From Octopus bimaculoides (taxonomy: Eukaryota), in the NCBI RefSeq assembly GCF_001194135.2, contig NC_068981.1, forward strand, positions 116,008,271 to 116,072,270: 64,000 bases of DNA, read 5' to 3'. Position numbers and translations under genes: made by a program. The notes beneath the pieces are model-generated. The model searched no databases. It had not been told where the DNA came from and worked only from the letters and a program-made list of their open reading frames with translations. Of the stretch, positions 12,978-25,299 are shown piece by piece; position 1 is the first letter of the stretch, and each line of letters opens with the position of its first letter.

Positions 12978-13005
12978 CTGAAGAAGACCTTGAAGTTGAA
13001 TCGTC
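12978..13005 (+). ncRNA. Degenerate PLE-type minimal hammerhead ribozyme motif
   Basis: CUGAAGA-A-GAC(cuugaa)GUU-GAAU-CGUC: canonical layout with GAAA changed to GAAU and a poor stem I. Confidence 0.4.
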
Positions 13006-13179
13006 AGTCATCTTGACGTTTTTTCCTGTCTTCCAGCCCAAAACTAATAAGCTCACGGAGGTCTTATAGATAAAAAAAAAAGCAACATACATACATTTAT
13101 ATATATGCATACACACACATGTATGCATATGTATAAGCATTCGAATATTTGCTCATATATATATATATATATATATATA

Positions 13180-13382
13180 GTTCAAATTCACAGAAAACGA
13201 AAGACGGAATCAGGTGAAGGAACAACAAACAGGTGTATTAGTGTAACACTCAGAAATAATGGAAAAGTTTTTCACATTTCGAGCCTACGCTCTTCGACAG
13301 AAACGATTAAGTGGTAAAAAAACAAAACAAAAAAGAAAACGGAGATAAAAATAATATGTGTAAGGATTAACGGTTCAACATG
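13180..13382 (-). mobile_element. Solo 3' end (pLTR stub) of a Penelope-like element between (TA)n tracts, with hammerhead motif
   Basis: Minus strand gtttctgtcgaagagcgtaggctcgaaatgtg; (TA)n on both sides; same family as 42803-44365. Confidence 0.8.
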
Positions 13383-13742
13383 ATATATATATATATATAT
13401 ACGAACACTGAAATTCTCGAACAAATGAGAAGTAAGTGGCCAATGCAAGCTGTAAAGTATATAAGTTATCGAAACCGTTTAACTTGTGAGTCAGCTTTTA
13501 GAGCACTTCTAGCAGCAGGTGAGAAGATCGTATCTGTGTGAAAATCAAGTCGGGAAATATTCAATACTTATCCAAATGCATACATATATGAGCGCTCAAG
13601 TGTGCGTGCGTGAGTGTATATGTGTATGCGTATACAAATTTCAAGCGATACTAGGCATATATTAAAAACATAATTCGCTTCATATGGAAGCATGCATTAC
13701 TGTATAGATAAGATATATTAGTATACACATACTCACACACAT

Positions 13743-14032
13743 GCCTCACGCTATGAGGGACTCTTAAAGTCAAAACTACCATAATAAATACAGTGTATCG
13801 AACGCGAGGAAATGCAACTCTTGAAGCGAGTCACTTAAAACAGATTCGGCCGCATATCATATGATTTTATAATTACTAATCAAAGTGCACTTTTTAATCG
13901 TCAGTGCAAGCAAAATCAAGACACATAAAAATGAACAAAAATCAACACACCAGACGGTACACTGTATTTATTATGGTAGCTTTGTCTTTAAGAATCCCTC
14001 ATAGCGTGAGGCCTTCAAGTGTAGTAATGCCC
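13743..14032. mobile_element. MITE with long TIRs (Harbinger- or Kolobok-like)
   Basis: gcctcacgctatgagggactcttaaagtcaaaactaccataataaatacagtgta is inverted at 13957-14012. Right terminus gtgtagtaatgccc followed by ttaa. Second copy at 58125. Confidence 0.8.
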
Positions 14033-14627
14033 TTAATATAAATAAATATATTTTAAAGAGAATAATCATAATTTTTTCCTTACGAGGTTTTTTCACGCTG
14101 ACTACTTGATAAATTCTTATAAAGGTCTCATCCTATTTTTATACATACATATATATATATATTCATATATATATATACTTGTGTGTGCGCGCGTGTGTGT
14201 GTATATTCGCGCGTTTGTGTGCGTGCGCGTACGTGTGCATGTGTGTGTATGTGTGTGTTCCATTCTATAAGTTGGTCCCCTATATAGCTGAAATTTCAAA
14301 CCATGGTTTTGTAAGATAATTTAGGCATTCTTTCAATCATTAGTCGCCAAAATTTCACTCTACGAAAACTTTCTCTTCAATTTGTTCGAATGTGGATTTT
14401 TATGCGTCTGGTGAATTAAAAATATTCCCATTAGCGTCCCAGATAGGACACAGTCAAATTCTTAAAAATATTTATACTTACGCATCCTACATCATATATT
14501 TGTATCTCAGAATACATTTTTATCTCTTGAGATAAAATATTTGTTATTTGTTATGATTTGATTCATGTCATAAAGACATCAGAAAAGCAACTTTTCAGCT
14601 TCGCCACCATTAATTTTTCAATTATGC

Positions 14628-14718
14628 AAAGAATAAGGTCTGGGGTTCATTTGTTGGACTAAAGGCGGTGCTCCAGCATGGCCGTAGTCAAATGACTGAA
14701 ACAAAAGAATCAAAGAAT
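14628..14718 (+). mobile_element. 3' tail fragment of SINE family B
   Basis: gactaaaggcggtgctccagcatggccgtagtcaaatgactgaaac matches the family tail. Confidence 0.75.
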
Positions 14719-14747
14719 AATATATGTATGTATGAATATATATGTGC

Positions 14748-14792
<45 letters not shown>

Positions 14793-15138
14793 TGTGTCTG
14801 TGTCTGTGTATACATATATATATGTATATATATATTGTAAGAAAAAATGGAAAAAGATGGATATATGAATAATTTATTTCTATGATATAGAGATGTTGAA
14901 TTTTTCTTTAAAAATAACAATACAAATAAATTATTAGTGGTAAAGCTCAAAAAGAAAATAGGAGATGCGAAAAACCTACGTATAAATTTTAGCTCTATCC
15001 CCGAGTAGATATGCAATTCTAAGCATTTGGTTATATGTTAAGAATGGTATAATTTTTAACTATATGGGGCAAACTTCTTCAGTCTTATTATGAGCTTATA
15101 AAATTAAGATTAACATTTTTCTTGGACAGATGCATAAT

Positions 15139-15170
<32 letters not shown>

Positions 15171-15719
15171 GTAGATACACACAAACACACACACACACAT
15201 ACATACATACATATATATACATATAAATATATATATATATATATATATANNNNNNNNNNNNNNNNNNNNNNNNNNNNNNNNNNNNNNNNNNNNNNNNNNN
15301 NNNNNNNNNNNNNNNNNNNNNNNNNNNNNNNNNNNNNNNNNNNNNNNNNNNNNNNNNNNNNNNNNNNNNNNNNNNNNNNNNNNNNNNNNNNNNNNNNNNN
15401 NNNNNNNNNNNNNNNNNNNNNNNNNNNNNNNNNNNNNNNNNNNNNNNNNNNNNNNNNNNNNNNNNNNNNNNNNNNNNNNNNNNNNNNNNNNNNNNNNNNN
15501 NNNNNNNNNNNNNNNNNNNNNNNNNNNNNNNNNNNNNNNNNNNNNNNNNNNNNNNNNNNNNNNNNNNNNNNNNNNNNNNNNNNNNNNNNNNNNNNNNNNN
15601 NNNNNNNNNNNNNNNNNNNNNNNNNNNNNNNNNNNNNNNNNNNNNNNNNNNNNNNNATATATATATATATAATTGGAAAAATTGGAGTCAGCAAATAGGG
15701 GTACAGTTGAGCATTTATT

Positions 15720-16372
15720 TTTTAATCGCTACAATTGTTTCGATGCAACGTAGTTCTCCAGGTGTGCAGGTACTTGATTATACAACTGTTTCCCTGTATT
15801 GTAAGATCTAGTTATGTTTCCTCATGTGATATGTAAATATTGTATCCGTAAGTTTAAAATGCTTGGCTTCAAGAGCATCTTGTATGTCTGTCGTGACCTG
15901 CATTTAGTAGTAGTCACTGAGCTTATCAGGGTGTTTTCTTGCTGAAGGGCCGTTGGCAGACTGCATTGAATATGTCGATGTAGTGGGATAATGATTTTGG
16001 TACTGTTAAAGTGGTTGCCATTTTAAAGGGATTGGTATTTTATTTCATTGTGCTGCTGATTTGTTCTTCATGGTTGGTTACACATGCGATTGTCGTTCGC
16101 TGACTTTTAAGATTCAATGCTCGGATACATACACACATACAGACGCGCACACACAACACACACGCACACACACACACAGATATACATTCACACACACATA
16201 CATATATACGAGCGCGAAACTGCAAGGACTTTTCGGACTCCGACTGAGGAAGAAATCGACTGCGAATGATCCTACTATATTGTTTTTGTCCTGTTTGCCC
16301 TGTTATGCTATCGTCTATTTGCCCGCATATTCTGCTTTGTTGATTTCTGCTTCTTGGTGTTCTACCTTTCAT

Positions 16373-16409
<37 letters not shown>

Positions 16410-17050
16410 NNNNNNNNNNNNNNNNNNNNNNNNNNNNNNNNNNNNNNNNNNNNNNNNNNNNNNNNNNNNNNNNNNNNNNNNNNNNNNNNNNNNNNNNNNN
16501 NNNNNNNNNNNNNNNNNNNNNNNNNNNNNNNNNNNNNNNNNNNNNNNNNNNNNNNNNNNNNNNNNNNNNNNNNNNNNNNNNNNTTGTCTATGAAATTGTC
16601 TGCATGCATTTGTGATTATAAGTGTTTACGTATATTTGTGTAACTAAAATCTCATCTTTTCGTATATTATTTCATTCTTTACCAAGCAGTCTGAGAATTC
16701 TTTCACCAATTTCATATCAGACCACTTTGATATTTTCAGTCGACACGTTGTTAGGGTAGTAAGTGCAAAATATTTTCAGAGTGATATGAGGAAGAAAGCT
16801 TAACTGAGCTTTCAGCTACATGCATGCTTGTCCATCTTTGGATATATGTTTAAAATAATTTCTACTAAGCTTTGAAAGAATTTTGTGTTGGACACTATTA
16901 ATTGGAACTTCTCTGAAATTATTAGCGCAAACATCTGTTGTTGACAATTAAAAGTGTTGGATATTGGAACTGGTTGGCACTTAAAGCAAGGTGTTCAATA
17001 GTCGTAACGCTGTAGTTAGTACGGAGCGGTAGTTATTGATGTGGAATTGT
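15720..17050 (-). mobile_element. Highly degenerate CR1/L2-like LINE remnant
   Basis: Weak minus-strand motifs NNYRSVLTT, SVQHKILSKL and GKQLYNQVPAHL in the expected order. Many stops; interrupted by microsatellite and gap. Confidence 0.3.
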
Positions 17051-17257
17051 TTATGTTATTAAGGCGATGTGATAGGGGATTGTGTCAATAATTTTTAAAT
17101 CGGATTTTTATTTTGCTGAATATAAAGTACACATTTATTCATAATATTATAAGAATCCGTTGCATACTAACCCTTACATAGCGGGACAGAGACATAAATA
17201 GGTGTGCCTAGGTTTGTGTGTGCATGTCTATGTACATGTATAAAATGTATCATATTG

Positions 17258-17467
17258 GATTCAAATTTTGGCACATGGCCAGCAGGTTTCGGAGAAAGGC
17301 TAAGTTGATTACATCGACCCCAGCGTTTAACTGGTATTCATATTATCGAACCCGAAGGGCGAGAGGCAAAGTAGCCCAGGTGGAATCTGAACGCAAAACA
17401 TTTAGACGGATGAAATGCCGTCAAGTATTTCGCCCGGCGTGCTAACGATTCTGCCAGCTCTCCGCTT
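17258..17467 (-). mobile_element. SINE family A
   Basis: Reverse complement of the 3874 element (cgtgctaacgattctgccagctc). Confidence 0.8.
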
Positions 17468-17837
17468 AATGTAACTTATAATACTGAATTAGTATTTAAG
17501 CATTATAGAAACGTATCCATTTGTTTAATATCTTGTTCAACCCCTAGATAGTATTACTTCAATAAACTAGGTATAGGAAAGAGTTTCCATAGAGGTAAAT
17601 TAGATAAAAAGAATGTCAAGAGCAAAATATTTAGAAGACTATAAAGCAAACATCTCAATGATATTTCAAGATTTCATTATTAATCCTACAACTGTAATTA
17701 TGTAATAATTATAGAGATAATGATGTTTGTATTTAAACTGTGGAAACAGCTGTACGACTTATTAATGAAATCTGTAAATATCATTTAGAGATTTTCTTTT
17801 TCCCTATTCTTATACACACACACACACACACACACAT

Positions 17838-17885
<48 letters not shown>

Positions 17886-17934
17886 CACACACACATATGT
17901 ATATACATAAAACACACACACACACATCATGCAT

Positions 17935-18010
17935 TTGAAATTGGCTTCTTTCGGTTTCCCTCTACTAAATCCACTCACTATGGTCGGCCCAAGGCTATAA
18001 TAGAAGACAG
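17935..18010 (-). mobile_element. SINE family B central fragment
   Basis: aaatccactcac...ggtcggcccaaggctataatagaagac. Confidence 0.7.
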
Positions 18011-18096
18011 AATGCATACACACTCGTATATGCATACATACATAAATACATACATACATACATACGTACGTACAAACGTGCATACATATATACATA

Positions 18097-18225
18097 CATC
18101 ACTGGAACTGTAAAAATTTGTAAAACTTTCTAGAAGTTAAGCATTTAAATATATGAGCAATATCTAGATGTGCAACTATATGCATAAGAATACATACACA
18201 AAGCAAAACATGCAAATCTGCACAT
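18097..18225 (+). mobile_element. Short 3' stub of an R4-clade LINE within (CATA)n
   Basis: Closely matches the reverse complement of 18759-18887 (ITGTVKICKTF plus 3' UTR); CATA repeats on both sides. Confidence 0.8.
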
Positions 18226-18295
18226 ATACATACTTACATACATGCATACATACAATATTATGTCTGTTTTATGTATCAGGTCATCCTATAAGTTC

Positions 18296-18420
18296 TGTCC
18301 GACCCAAAGGATGAAAGGTAACGTCGACCACGGTGAAATTTGAACTCAGACCATGAAGACGGATTAAATACTGTTAAGCATTTTGCAGGGCGCGCTAACG
18401 ATTCTGCCAATTCACCGACT
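18296..18420 (-). mobile_element. SINE family A, 5' half
   Basis: ggatgaaagg...aaatttgaactcag...gctaacgattctgccaattcacc. Confidence 0.75.
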
Positions 18421-18738
18421 TAATTGTTATCACAAAAGTAAGATTTACAAACAATTATAAGAATAGATATTAAAATTTCATTCATCTGATAAAAAAACTT
18501 TATTAAAGTAATTAAGTCCGCTATTCTTGTGTGAAAGTATACTTATATGTAAGTTTATACATGTATGTATGTATGTATGTATGTATGTATGTATGTATGT
18601 ATGTATGTTTGTATGTACGTATGTTTGTATATATGCCATTATTCAGTTTTATTTGAAGATTTCTTGCCAATAGAGAGAGAGGGTGGTTCTAACCTAGATC
18701 CGAGGGTATTTATGCATGCATTATATATATATATATAT

Positions 18739-19835
18739 GTAACATGTGGATTCACTGCATGTGCAGATTTATATGTCTTGTTTTGCATATGTATTCTTAT
18801 GCAAATAGTTGCATGTCTAGATATGTGCATTCATACTTAAATGATAACTTCTGGAAAGTTTTACAGATTTTTACAGTTCTAGTGATGGCTAGGATCTGTA
18901 GTCTTCGATTCAGCTTTCTCCTTTCTGATTTTGAGAAGCCTAATTTCTCAAGATTTGTATTTAGTCAGTGTGTTATATATCCTAGTACTCCAATAACTAC
19001 AGGTATAAACCAGAACTTGTAACCGGGTGTGAGTAACTGTAGATTTCTCAATAATTCAGAGGTGTTTCTTTTTTTTTTCGCTGATTTTTAGTTTTACGTT
19101 AACATCCGCTGGGCAGCTGATTTCCACAACTGTACACATTGTCTATTCTCTATTCCAAATCACTATGTCAGGTCTATTATGTTTACATTTCATTGAGATC
19201 TTCACTGGGATGTTTCGCCGTGACATCTTTTTATTATGAGTGGCAATGGCTTATACCATACTTTGGCTTCTTATTTCTTTGGCCTCAGGGTTATCTTTCG
19301 GAGGATCTCATTATACAGTGACTTACCTACAGCATCATGTCGGCATATAAATTGATAAAAGTTTCGAACAACTACTTATGATGTGGGTGATATCTTTGGT
19401 GCTAACTCCACAAAATCTGCATCGGTTATCATATTTTGGTGTTCTGCCTGCGTCTTTGTCCCTTTTGTGCATCAGGTACTTGGTTGGTATTTCTCATGGA
19501 ACTGCTTTCCTAGTCTCATTATATTATCTGACTCATATATGCAAACTTAGTCAAAGGATGTACTTCGACACTTGGTGGTTAAAAGATTTTGCCGAAGGGA
19601 TACGATACGACATTCAAAGTCAGTTTGGATGGATGTTAAACCTTTGACCCCTTGTTTTCGTTTGAGGTGGTAGCGGCCTTACATCACTGTTGATGTGAAA
19701 ATTATTTATGCTGGTTAGTATCACGGTTTTCACATGAATGGCTCGGATCTCATCAAATGTCCAATCAAGTGTTCCAAATGTTGGTATAAGTACTGATACT
19801 GCAAACACATTGTGAGCCACTGTTTTATTGAATGT
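18739..19835 (-). mobile_element. R4/Dong-clade non-LTR retrotransposon fragment (RT thumb and restriction-like endonuclease), decayed
   Basis: Minus-strand peptides AHNVFAVSVLIPTFGTLDWTFDEI, CRHDAVGKSLYNEILRKDNP, IPVVIGVLGYI, NLEKLGFSK, TVKICKTF, then 3' UTR. Confidence 0.85.
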
Positions 19836-20312
19836 TTTCATGCACTACCTGCCTGATAAGAAACTCAGACACTCTCATGTCCCTCGCGATCGATCTGATT
19901 GACTTGGAGGGATTGTTGTCAAACATGGCCTGTATTTTATCAAGAAATTCAGGAGCTCTTTTCTTATCAGGACGATCAAAGTGAATTTTCCGAGCTGCCG
20001 TATCTTCGTAATCACCATTAACTCTTTCCGAATCTTGGTAATCACATCCAACTCATTCCGAATCCTCTGCTCTGTCCTCAGATTGACACCCAAGCACTCT
20101 GAAATATTTGTATTGGAGCTTTCGGCGCGAATGCCAAGCAGTGCAGCATCTGGTTTCTAAATTTCTGGCAGAGTGAATTGTGACATGGTCCTGCTTTTCT
20201 CACAGACGGTGTTTACCTGACCCTACAATACCGTGTAGTCGACAAAATCAAAAACAATGCGCATGCACGAAATTAAAAATATTAAATGTTGACAATCCAC
20301 CCATCGCACCTG
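19836..20312 (-). mobile_element. 5' half of a Tc1/mariner transposon (terminus plus N-terminal transposase), decayed
   Basis: Terminus ta/caggtgcgatgggtgg. Frameshifted peptide MSQFTLPEI...LGIRAESSNTNISECLGVNLRT...DNNPSKSIRSIARDMRVSEFLIRQVVHE is a Tc1-like HTH region. Confidence 0.8.
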
Positions 20313-21024
20313 TATGTATATATATATATATATATNNNNNNNNNNNNNNNNNNNNNNNNNNNNNNNNNNNNNNNNNNNNNNNNNNNNNNNNNNNNNNNNN
20401 NNNNNNNNNNNNNNNNNNNNNNNNNNNNNNNNNNNNNNNNNNNNNNNNNNNNNNNNNNNNNNNNNNNNNNNNNNNNNNNNNNNNNNNNNNNNNNNNNNNN
20501 NNNNNNNNNNNNNNNNNNNNNNNNNNNNNNNNNNNNNNNNNNNNNNNNNNNNNNNNNNNNNNNNNNNNNNNNNNNNNNNNNNNNNNNNNNNNNNNNNNNN
20601 NNNNNNNNNNNNNNNNNNNNNNNNNNNNNNNNNNNNNNNNNNNNNNNNNNNNNNNNNNNNNNNNNNNNNNNNNNNNNNNNNNNNNNNNNNNNNNNNNNNN
20701 NNNNNNNNNNNNNNNNNNNNNNNNNNNNNNNNNNNNNNNNNNNNNNNNNNNNNNNNNNNNNNNNNNNNNNNNNNNNNNNNNNNNNNNNNNNNNNNNNNNN
20801 NNNNNNNNNNNNNNNNNNNNNNNNNNNNNNNNNNNNNNNNNNNNNNNNNNNNNNNNNNNNNNNNNNNNNNNNNNNNNNNNNNNNNTATATATATATATAT
20901 ATATATATATATGCAAAAAAAAACATAACATGCATAATACCACATAATATGCATATACATAATACCACTATATATATAAATTTATACATACATACATACA
21001 TACATACATACATACATACATACA

Positions 21025-21430
21025 TTCCGGGTGATTGAAAAGTGATTCCCTATTTTAAAATATTTATCAATTATGTATTAATTGCAATTTTTTTCTCAAT
21101 CTTTTTTGTTTTCTTCTTTTTTTTGAAGTATAAGAATTTATTCTTCACTTGTATTGTTCATATCATTCACAAATGACTGAACGCCCACTTTACGAGGAGA
21201 TGGACAGGTCATTGCTGTCCGCATGAGTGGCCAGCTAGAAGTCCCACCCTGTGGCTTCTTTCTTTGTGGTTGGTTAAAGGAACAAGTCTACTGTACAAAC
21301 CGAAGATTTGGAAGAACTTGAAGGGCAAATATGAGAAGTTGTGTTTTCCATCCCACAAGAGTTTCTGGTGAAATCAGTTGATGCAATTCCTGGGCGACTC
21401 AAGAAGCTGGTGGTGACATCTGGAGCCCAT
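21025..21430 (+). mobile_element. Tc1/mariner remnant: TIR-like start and C-terminal transposase fragment
   Basis: ccgggtgattgaaaagt start; frameshifted EWPARSP...FFLCGWLKEQVY...SIPQEFLVKSVDAIPGRLKKLV. Confidence 0.65.
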
Positions 21431-21473
21431 ATCGCGTGTGCGTATCATTATTCATTATTTATAATGCGGTGAA

Positions 21474-21900
21474 AGGCGGCGAGCTGGCAGAGTCGTTAAC
21501 GCACCGGAAAAAATGCTTAGCAGCATTTCGTCCGCCTTCACGTTCTGAGTTCTAAGTCTACGAAGTCGACTGTGTATTTCCTCATTCCGGAGTACCATTG
21601 AAATACTGGGGTCGATGTAATCGACTAGTCCCCTCCCTGGCAAATTTCAGGCCTTGTGTCTTTAGTGGAAAGGATTATTTATAAGATGATGAGCTCGTAG
21701 AATCATTGCTGCGCCGGGAAAAATGCCCAGCAGCATATCGTCCGTCTTTAGGTTTTAAGTTCAAATTCGCCGTTGGTCGACTGCCTTTCATCCTTTCGAG
21801 GTCGATGAAAAAAGTCCTAGTTGAGCACTGGGGTCAATGTAATCGACATACCCCTATCCCAAAATTTCAGTTCTTGTCCCTATATTAGAAAGTATTATTT
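21474..21900 (+). mobile_element. Two head-to-tail SINE family A copies
   Basis: Heads at ~21474 (ggcggcgagctggcag) and ~21688 (gatgagctcgtagaatc), both ending in gaaag...attatt tails. Confidence 0.85.
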
Positions 21901-22284
21901 ACGGATCCTTTTTTTTTTTTCTATTTACTCAGAACTCGATATTAAGCTGATATACTAAAGAAAAGTTAGTGCAAAACGGGTGGGTCTTCTAGAAGATAGC
22001 GAGAATCTGCTGGTAAGTAGTATGAAATATAATTAAGGAGCTCGACGGTAAAACGGCTGTGAGTGCATCGATGTATTTTTTCTAAACACCAGGTTTTTTC
22101 TTAACCACCGAATTTGTTTAGCTGCATCTAATTTGTGTCCTATGCCAACGCTAAATCAACATAATGAAACATAAACAGACATTAATTTAAAAGAAAATAA
22201 GGACTATACACACACACATTTCTATATACATGTGTTCACGAGGGTGCGTATGCGATTACGTATATATCTATCTATATATGTATG

Positions 22285-22318
<34 letters not shown>

Positions 22319-22433
22319 TGTATGTATTCGTGCGTGTTTTGCTTGTGTAACCTAACCGTAAATGAAATCTTATGATTAAAAAAAGAAGAAAAAGAAAAAG
22401 AATATCACGATGATGATATAGTAGGAATGGAAT

Positions 22434-22435
<2 letters not shown>

Positions 22436-22522
<87 letters not shown>
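22436..22522. repeat. Compound (ACT)n(AAT)n microsatellite
   Basis: Seen directly. Confidence 0.95.
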
Positions 22523-22523
<1 letters not shown>

Positions 22524-22603
22524 TTTCATTTATTTGCTACAAGGGCGAAGGATGGGGAGACAGTACATAGACAGACATAAAATATAATAACAGTAATAAT
22601 TAT

Positions 22604-22748
22604 AATCCTTTTTACTATAGGCTCAATTTGGGGCTAATGGCTAGTCGATTGCTCGACCCTGGTGCTCAACTGTAATTATTTTATGAAGCCCGAAAGGATC
22701 TATGGCAAAGCTGAAATCTGTGGAGTTCGAACTCAGGACGTGAAGACC
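22604..22748 (-). mobile_element. SINE family A, 3' part
   Basis: gtcgattgctcgaccctggtgctcaactg...gttcgaactcaggacg. Confidence 0.65.
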
Positions 22749-22939
22749 CTCTATAGAGTTAGTAGTAAGGCATTTTACCTGAAGCCACAATAACATATAG
22801 AAGAAAATATGAAGGGAGAGATGATAAGAAAGAGATAGATATATAAATATTGATAGATAGACGGGAAAATAGACAGACGACAGAGAGGTAGACAGTCAGA
22901 CAGACAGACAGACAGAAAGATAAATAAATAGATAGATAG

Positions 22940-22975
<36 letters not shown>

Positions 22976-24549
22976 GGTGGAGGAGGAGGGGGAGGTTGTG
23001 GTGGAGTGGTGGAGGTAGAAGAGGTGGAGGAGGTGGAGGAGATGGGGAGAAGGAGATGGAGGAGGTGGAGAGGAGAACGATGATAACGATGATGACCAGG
23101 ATAAAACTGATGCAGATGGTGAAGGTGTCGGCAGCATAGTTTTATTGGTGTTGCTGTAGCTGTTAGTGGTGGTGGTGGTGTAAGTGGTGGCGGCGGCTTG
23201 TATAAAGATGATAACATTAATGACAAAGTAAATGAAGAGGACGAGGAAGAAAGTATTAATATCCCAAAGGAAACTGAATTGGTTGCAATTAAGAGAGTAT
23301 ATTTATTTTCGTAGAGGTTATTAGAAAGAAAAGGGAAAAAGGTTGCGCTGAGTGTATAGTTAAGATGTCAATGTCGTGGCCTTTTTATTGACTGCGGTTT
23401 CATATCCTACCGCAAGAATGTTGTTCCTATGGTTTCGTAGAATATTTTAGCTTCAGGAGACCCGCAGTAATGAATAATACATGTTGGTAGGAAATAATTT
23501 TTATTAATTCAACATTACACATGAGAATCATAAATGGCCAAGTTGATTGGATGCAGAACCTACAAGTGTAATACCAACAGTTCGTATTTCCTCAAAATTG
23601 TTGTATCTACATATCATGCAGCTTTCATTCTGTGCATCAAGCCCCCTCGATGATTATCAGTGTTTCAAGAATGGAAATTTTACATCTTTAAAGAAGTTGA
23701 TTTACGCAATGATAAAGCTCGGTCTACGCAGAAACAGCGTAAAATAAAAACTACCATCTATGTATCAGACAATAAGTAATAACACTGTTAGAAGGTGTGA
23801 AGCTATGGAATTGTCTGAGATAAAGTCCCTGCCTTCTAACACTGCACATTTAGGTGACGTTATTCATTCCATGTTGTTTGAGTTGCTAATACTGACTTAT
23901 TCTAGAGTACAGCAAGTTTCCGCAACATCACTGAATGTGTATTTCGTTGTTCATTTTATATCAAGGTGCCACGAATGTCGTTTACGCAGATTACAATCTT
24001 CAAGAAAGGTGGAATGCATTTGTTGTTTTCTCGAGTCTTTGTAGCGAGGCTGTTCGCCTCACTTTGATATATATTGTGTTTTTTAGCCCAATATATGAAG
24101 GGATTTTATCTCAAATAATCCCACACCTTCATGACTTCTAACGGTTTGTATATATTTACTATGATACACAAATGGCGATTATAATTATAATTTTTCGTTT
24201 CTTGTTTTTTTTTTATATCAAGCAACACCTAACAAACCTTTGAATTCTGGAATCATGTTTTGGCTGATTTACAATTCTTTTCTTGCCCTCAGTGATCTTG
24301 CTTTCTATTAGTCTTTGATTTTTGTTCAACAGAAGCGTAAGATTATTGTTGTAGTTGATGTAGCAGTGGTGGTGCTGGTGGTACTGGTGGTGGTGGTGGC
24401 GACGGCGGTAGTTTCTTCTGATATCGCCGAACTTGTAAATTTCTGATCAAAGTCGTGCAGTTCCTGACTAACACGTCTCTTGGAATTTCGAGAAGTACAT
24501 TTTCCAATCGTCCTTCCAATTTTAATTCCAAGTGTATGATGAAGTAAGT

Positions 24550-24860
24550 TAATCTCCAAATCGGGTGTTGTCATATTTAATTGTTCTCTTAAGCAAACTG
24601 TCTGCCAAGTCTAGATGACAAAATTCCATAGAATATTTGGCTTATCAGGTCATTTTGAACCACCTCTAGTACATGATCGTACCACTTGTGTGAAGTTACT
24701 CTGCTTATAATCTTTCTAAGCTAATATTTTGCAGCCAACTGCAATATGCTCAATAATTCCTGCTTACCGATTACAGAGAGGACACTTGTTTGTTGAAATG
24801 GTGCAACATATACTCCTACTTACTCAGCTAGTGTTTGGAGCTTGATGTTAAACAGCAACT
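24550..24860 (-). mobile_element. Old R4/Dong-like LINE fragment (zinc knuckle to endonuclease start)
   Basis: CPLCNR..IIEHIAVGCKILA.KDYK, then ILWNFVI*T and TTPDL, matching the CxxC..HIxxGC and ILWDF..RPD motifs. Confidence 0.5.
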
Positions 24861-25022
24861 AACAAACTCAGTTTATCTCTTTAAATCGCCGCTACGCTGA
24901 TTCTCCTAAGATGAGTCATGATTTTTCAATTTCCTGCTGTCTCTGTGGAATTGTCTGTGTAATGACACTTCTGCTAGCACTTCTTTGCTTTCAAAATTAT
25001 TATCATTATTATTCTTTTTAAT

Positions 25023-25228
25023 GTGGTGAGCTTGCAGAATTAGCACGTCAGACAAAATTGTATTCCTTCTAACTCTGTACGCGCTAAACACAAATCCTGC
25101 CTAGATTAACTTTGCCTTCCATCCTACGGGATCGATAAAATAATGTACCAGTCAAGTACTAGAGTAGATGTAATCGTCCCCTCACCCTAAAATCGTTGGC
25201 TTTATGCTAAAATTGGAAAGAAGAATTA
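25023..25228 (+). mobile_element. SINE family A, diverged
   Basis: gtggtgagcttgcagaa head; ctttgccttccatcctacgggatcgataaaataatgtaccagt body. Confidence 0.7.
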
Positions 25229-25299
25229 ATATTCATATTCTGAAATATGGACTTACCTAGGAATATACGTAAGGAAGTACACTTTCATGGGAACATGGA

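Noticed and set aside
13511-13525. 6-nt microexon cagcag before gtgaga
   Set aside because: Weak pyrimidine tract and no microexon-type motif; expected by chance.
22830-23220. Graded GATA to GACA to GAT to GGA repeat tract as a functional signal
   Set aside because: Compound microsatellites that drift between motifs are common throughout the window (also 4330-4400 and 39050-39200); nothing specific here.
24343-24531. Proline-rich cellular exon (..PPSPPPPPVPPAPP)
   Set aside because: The Pro run comes from a (CCA)n repeat, the upstream part overlaps a decayed R4-like fragment, and there is no splice support.
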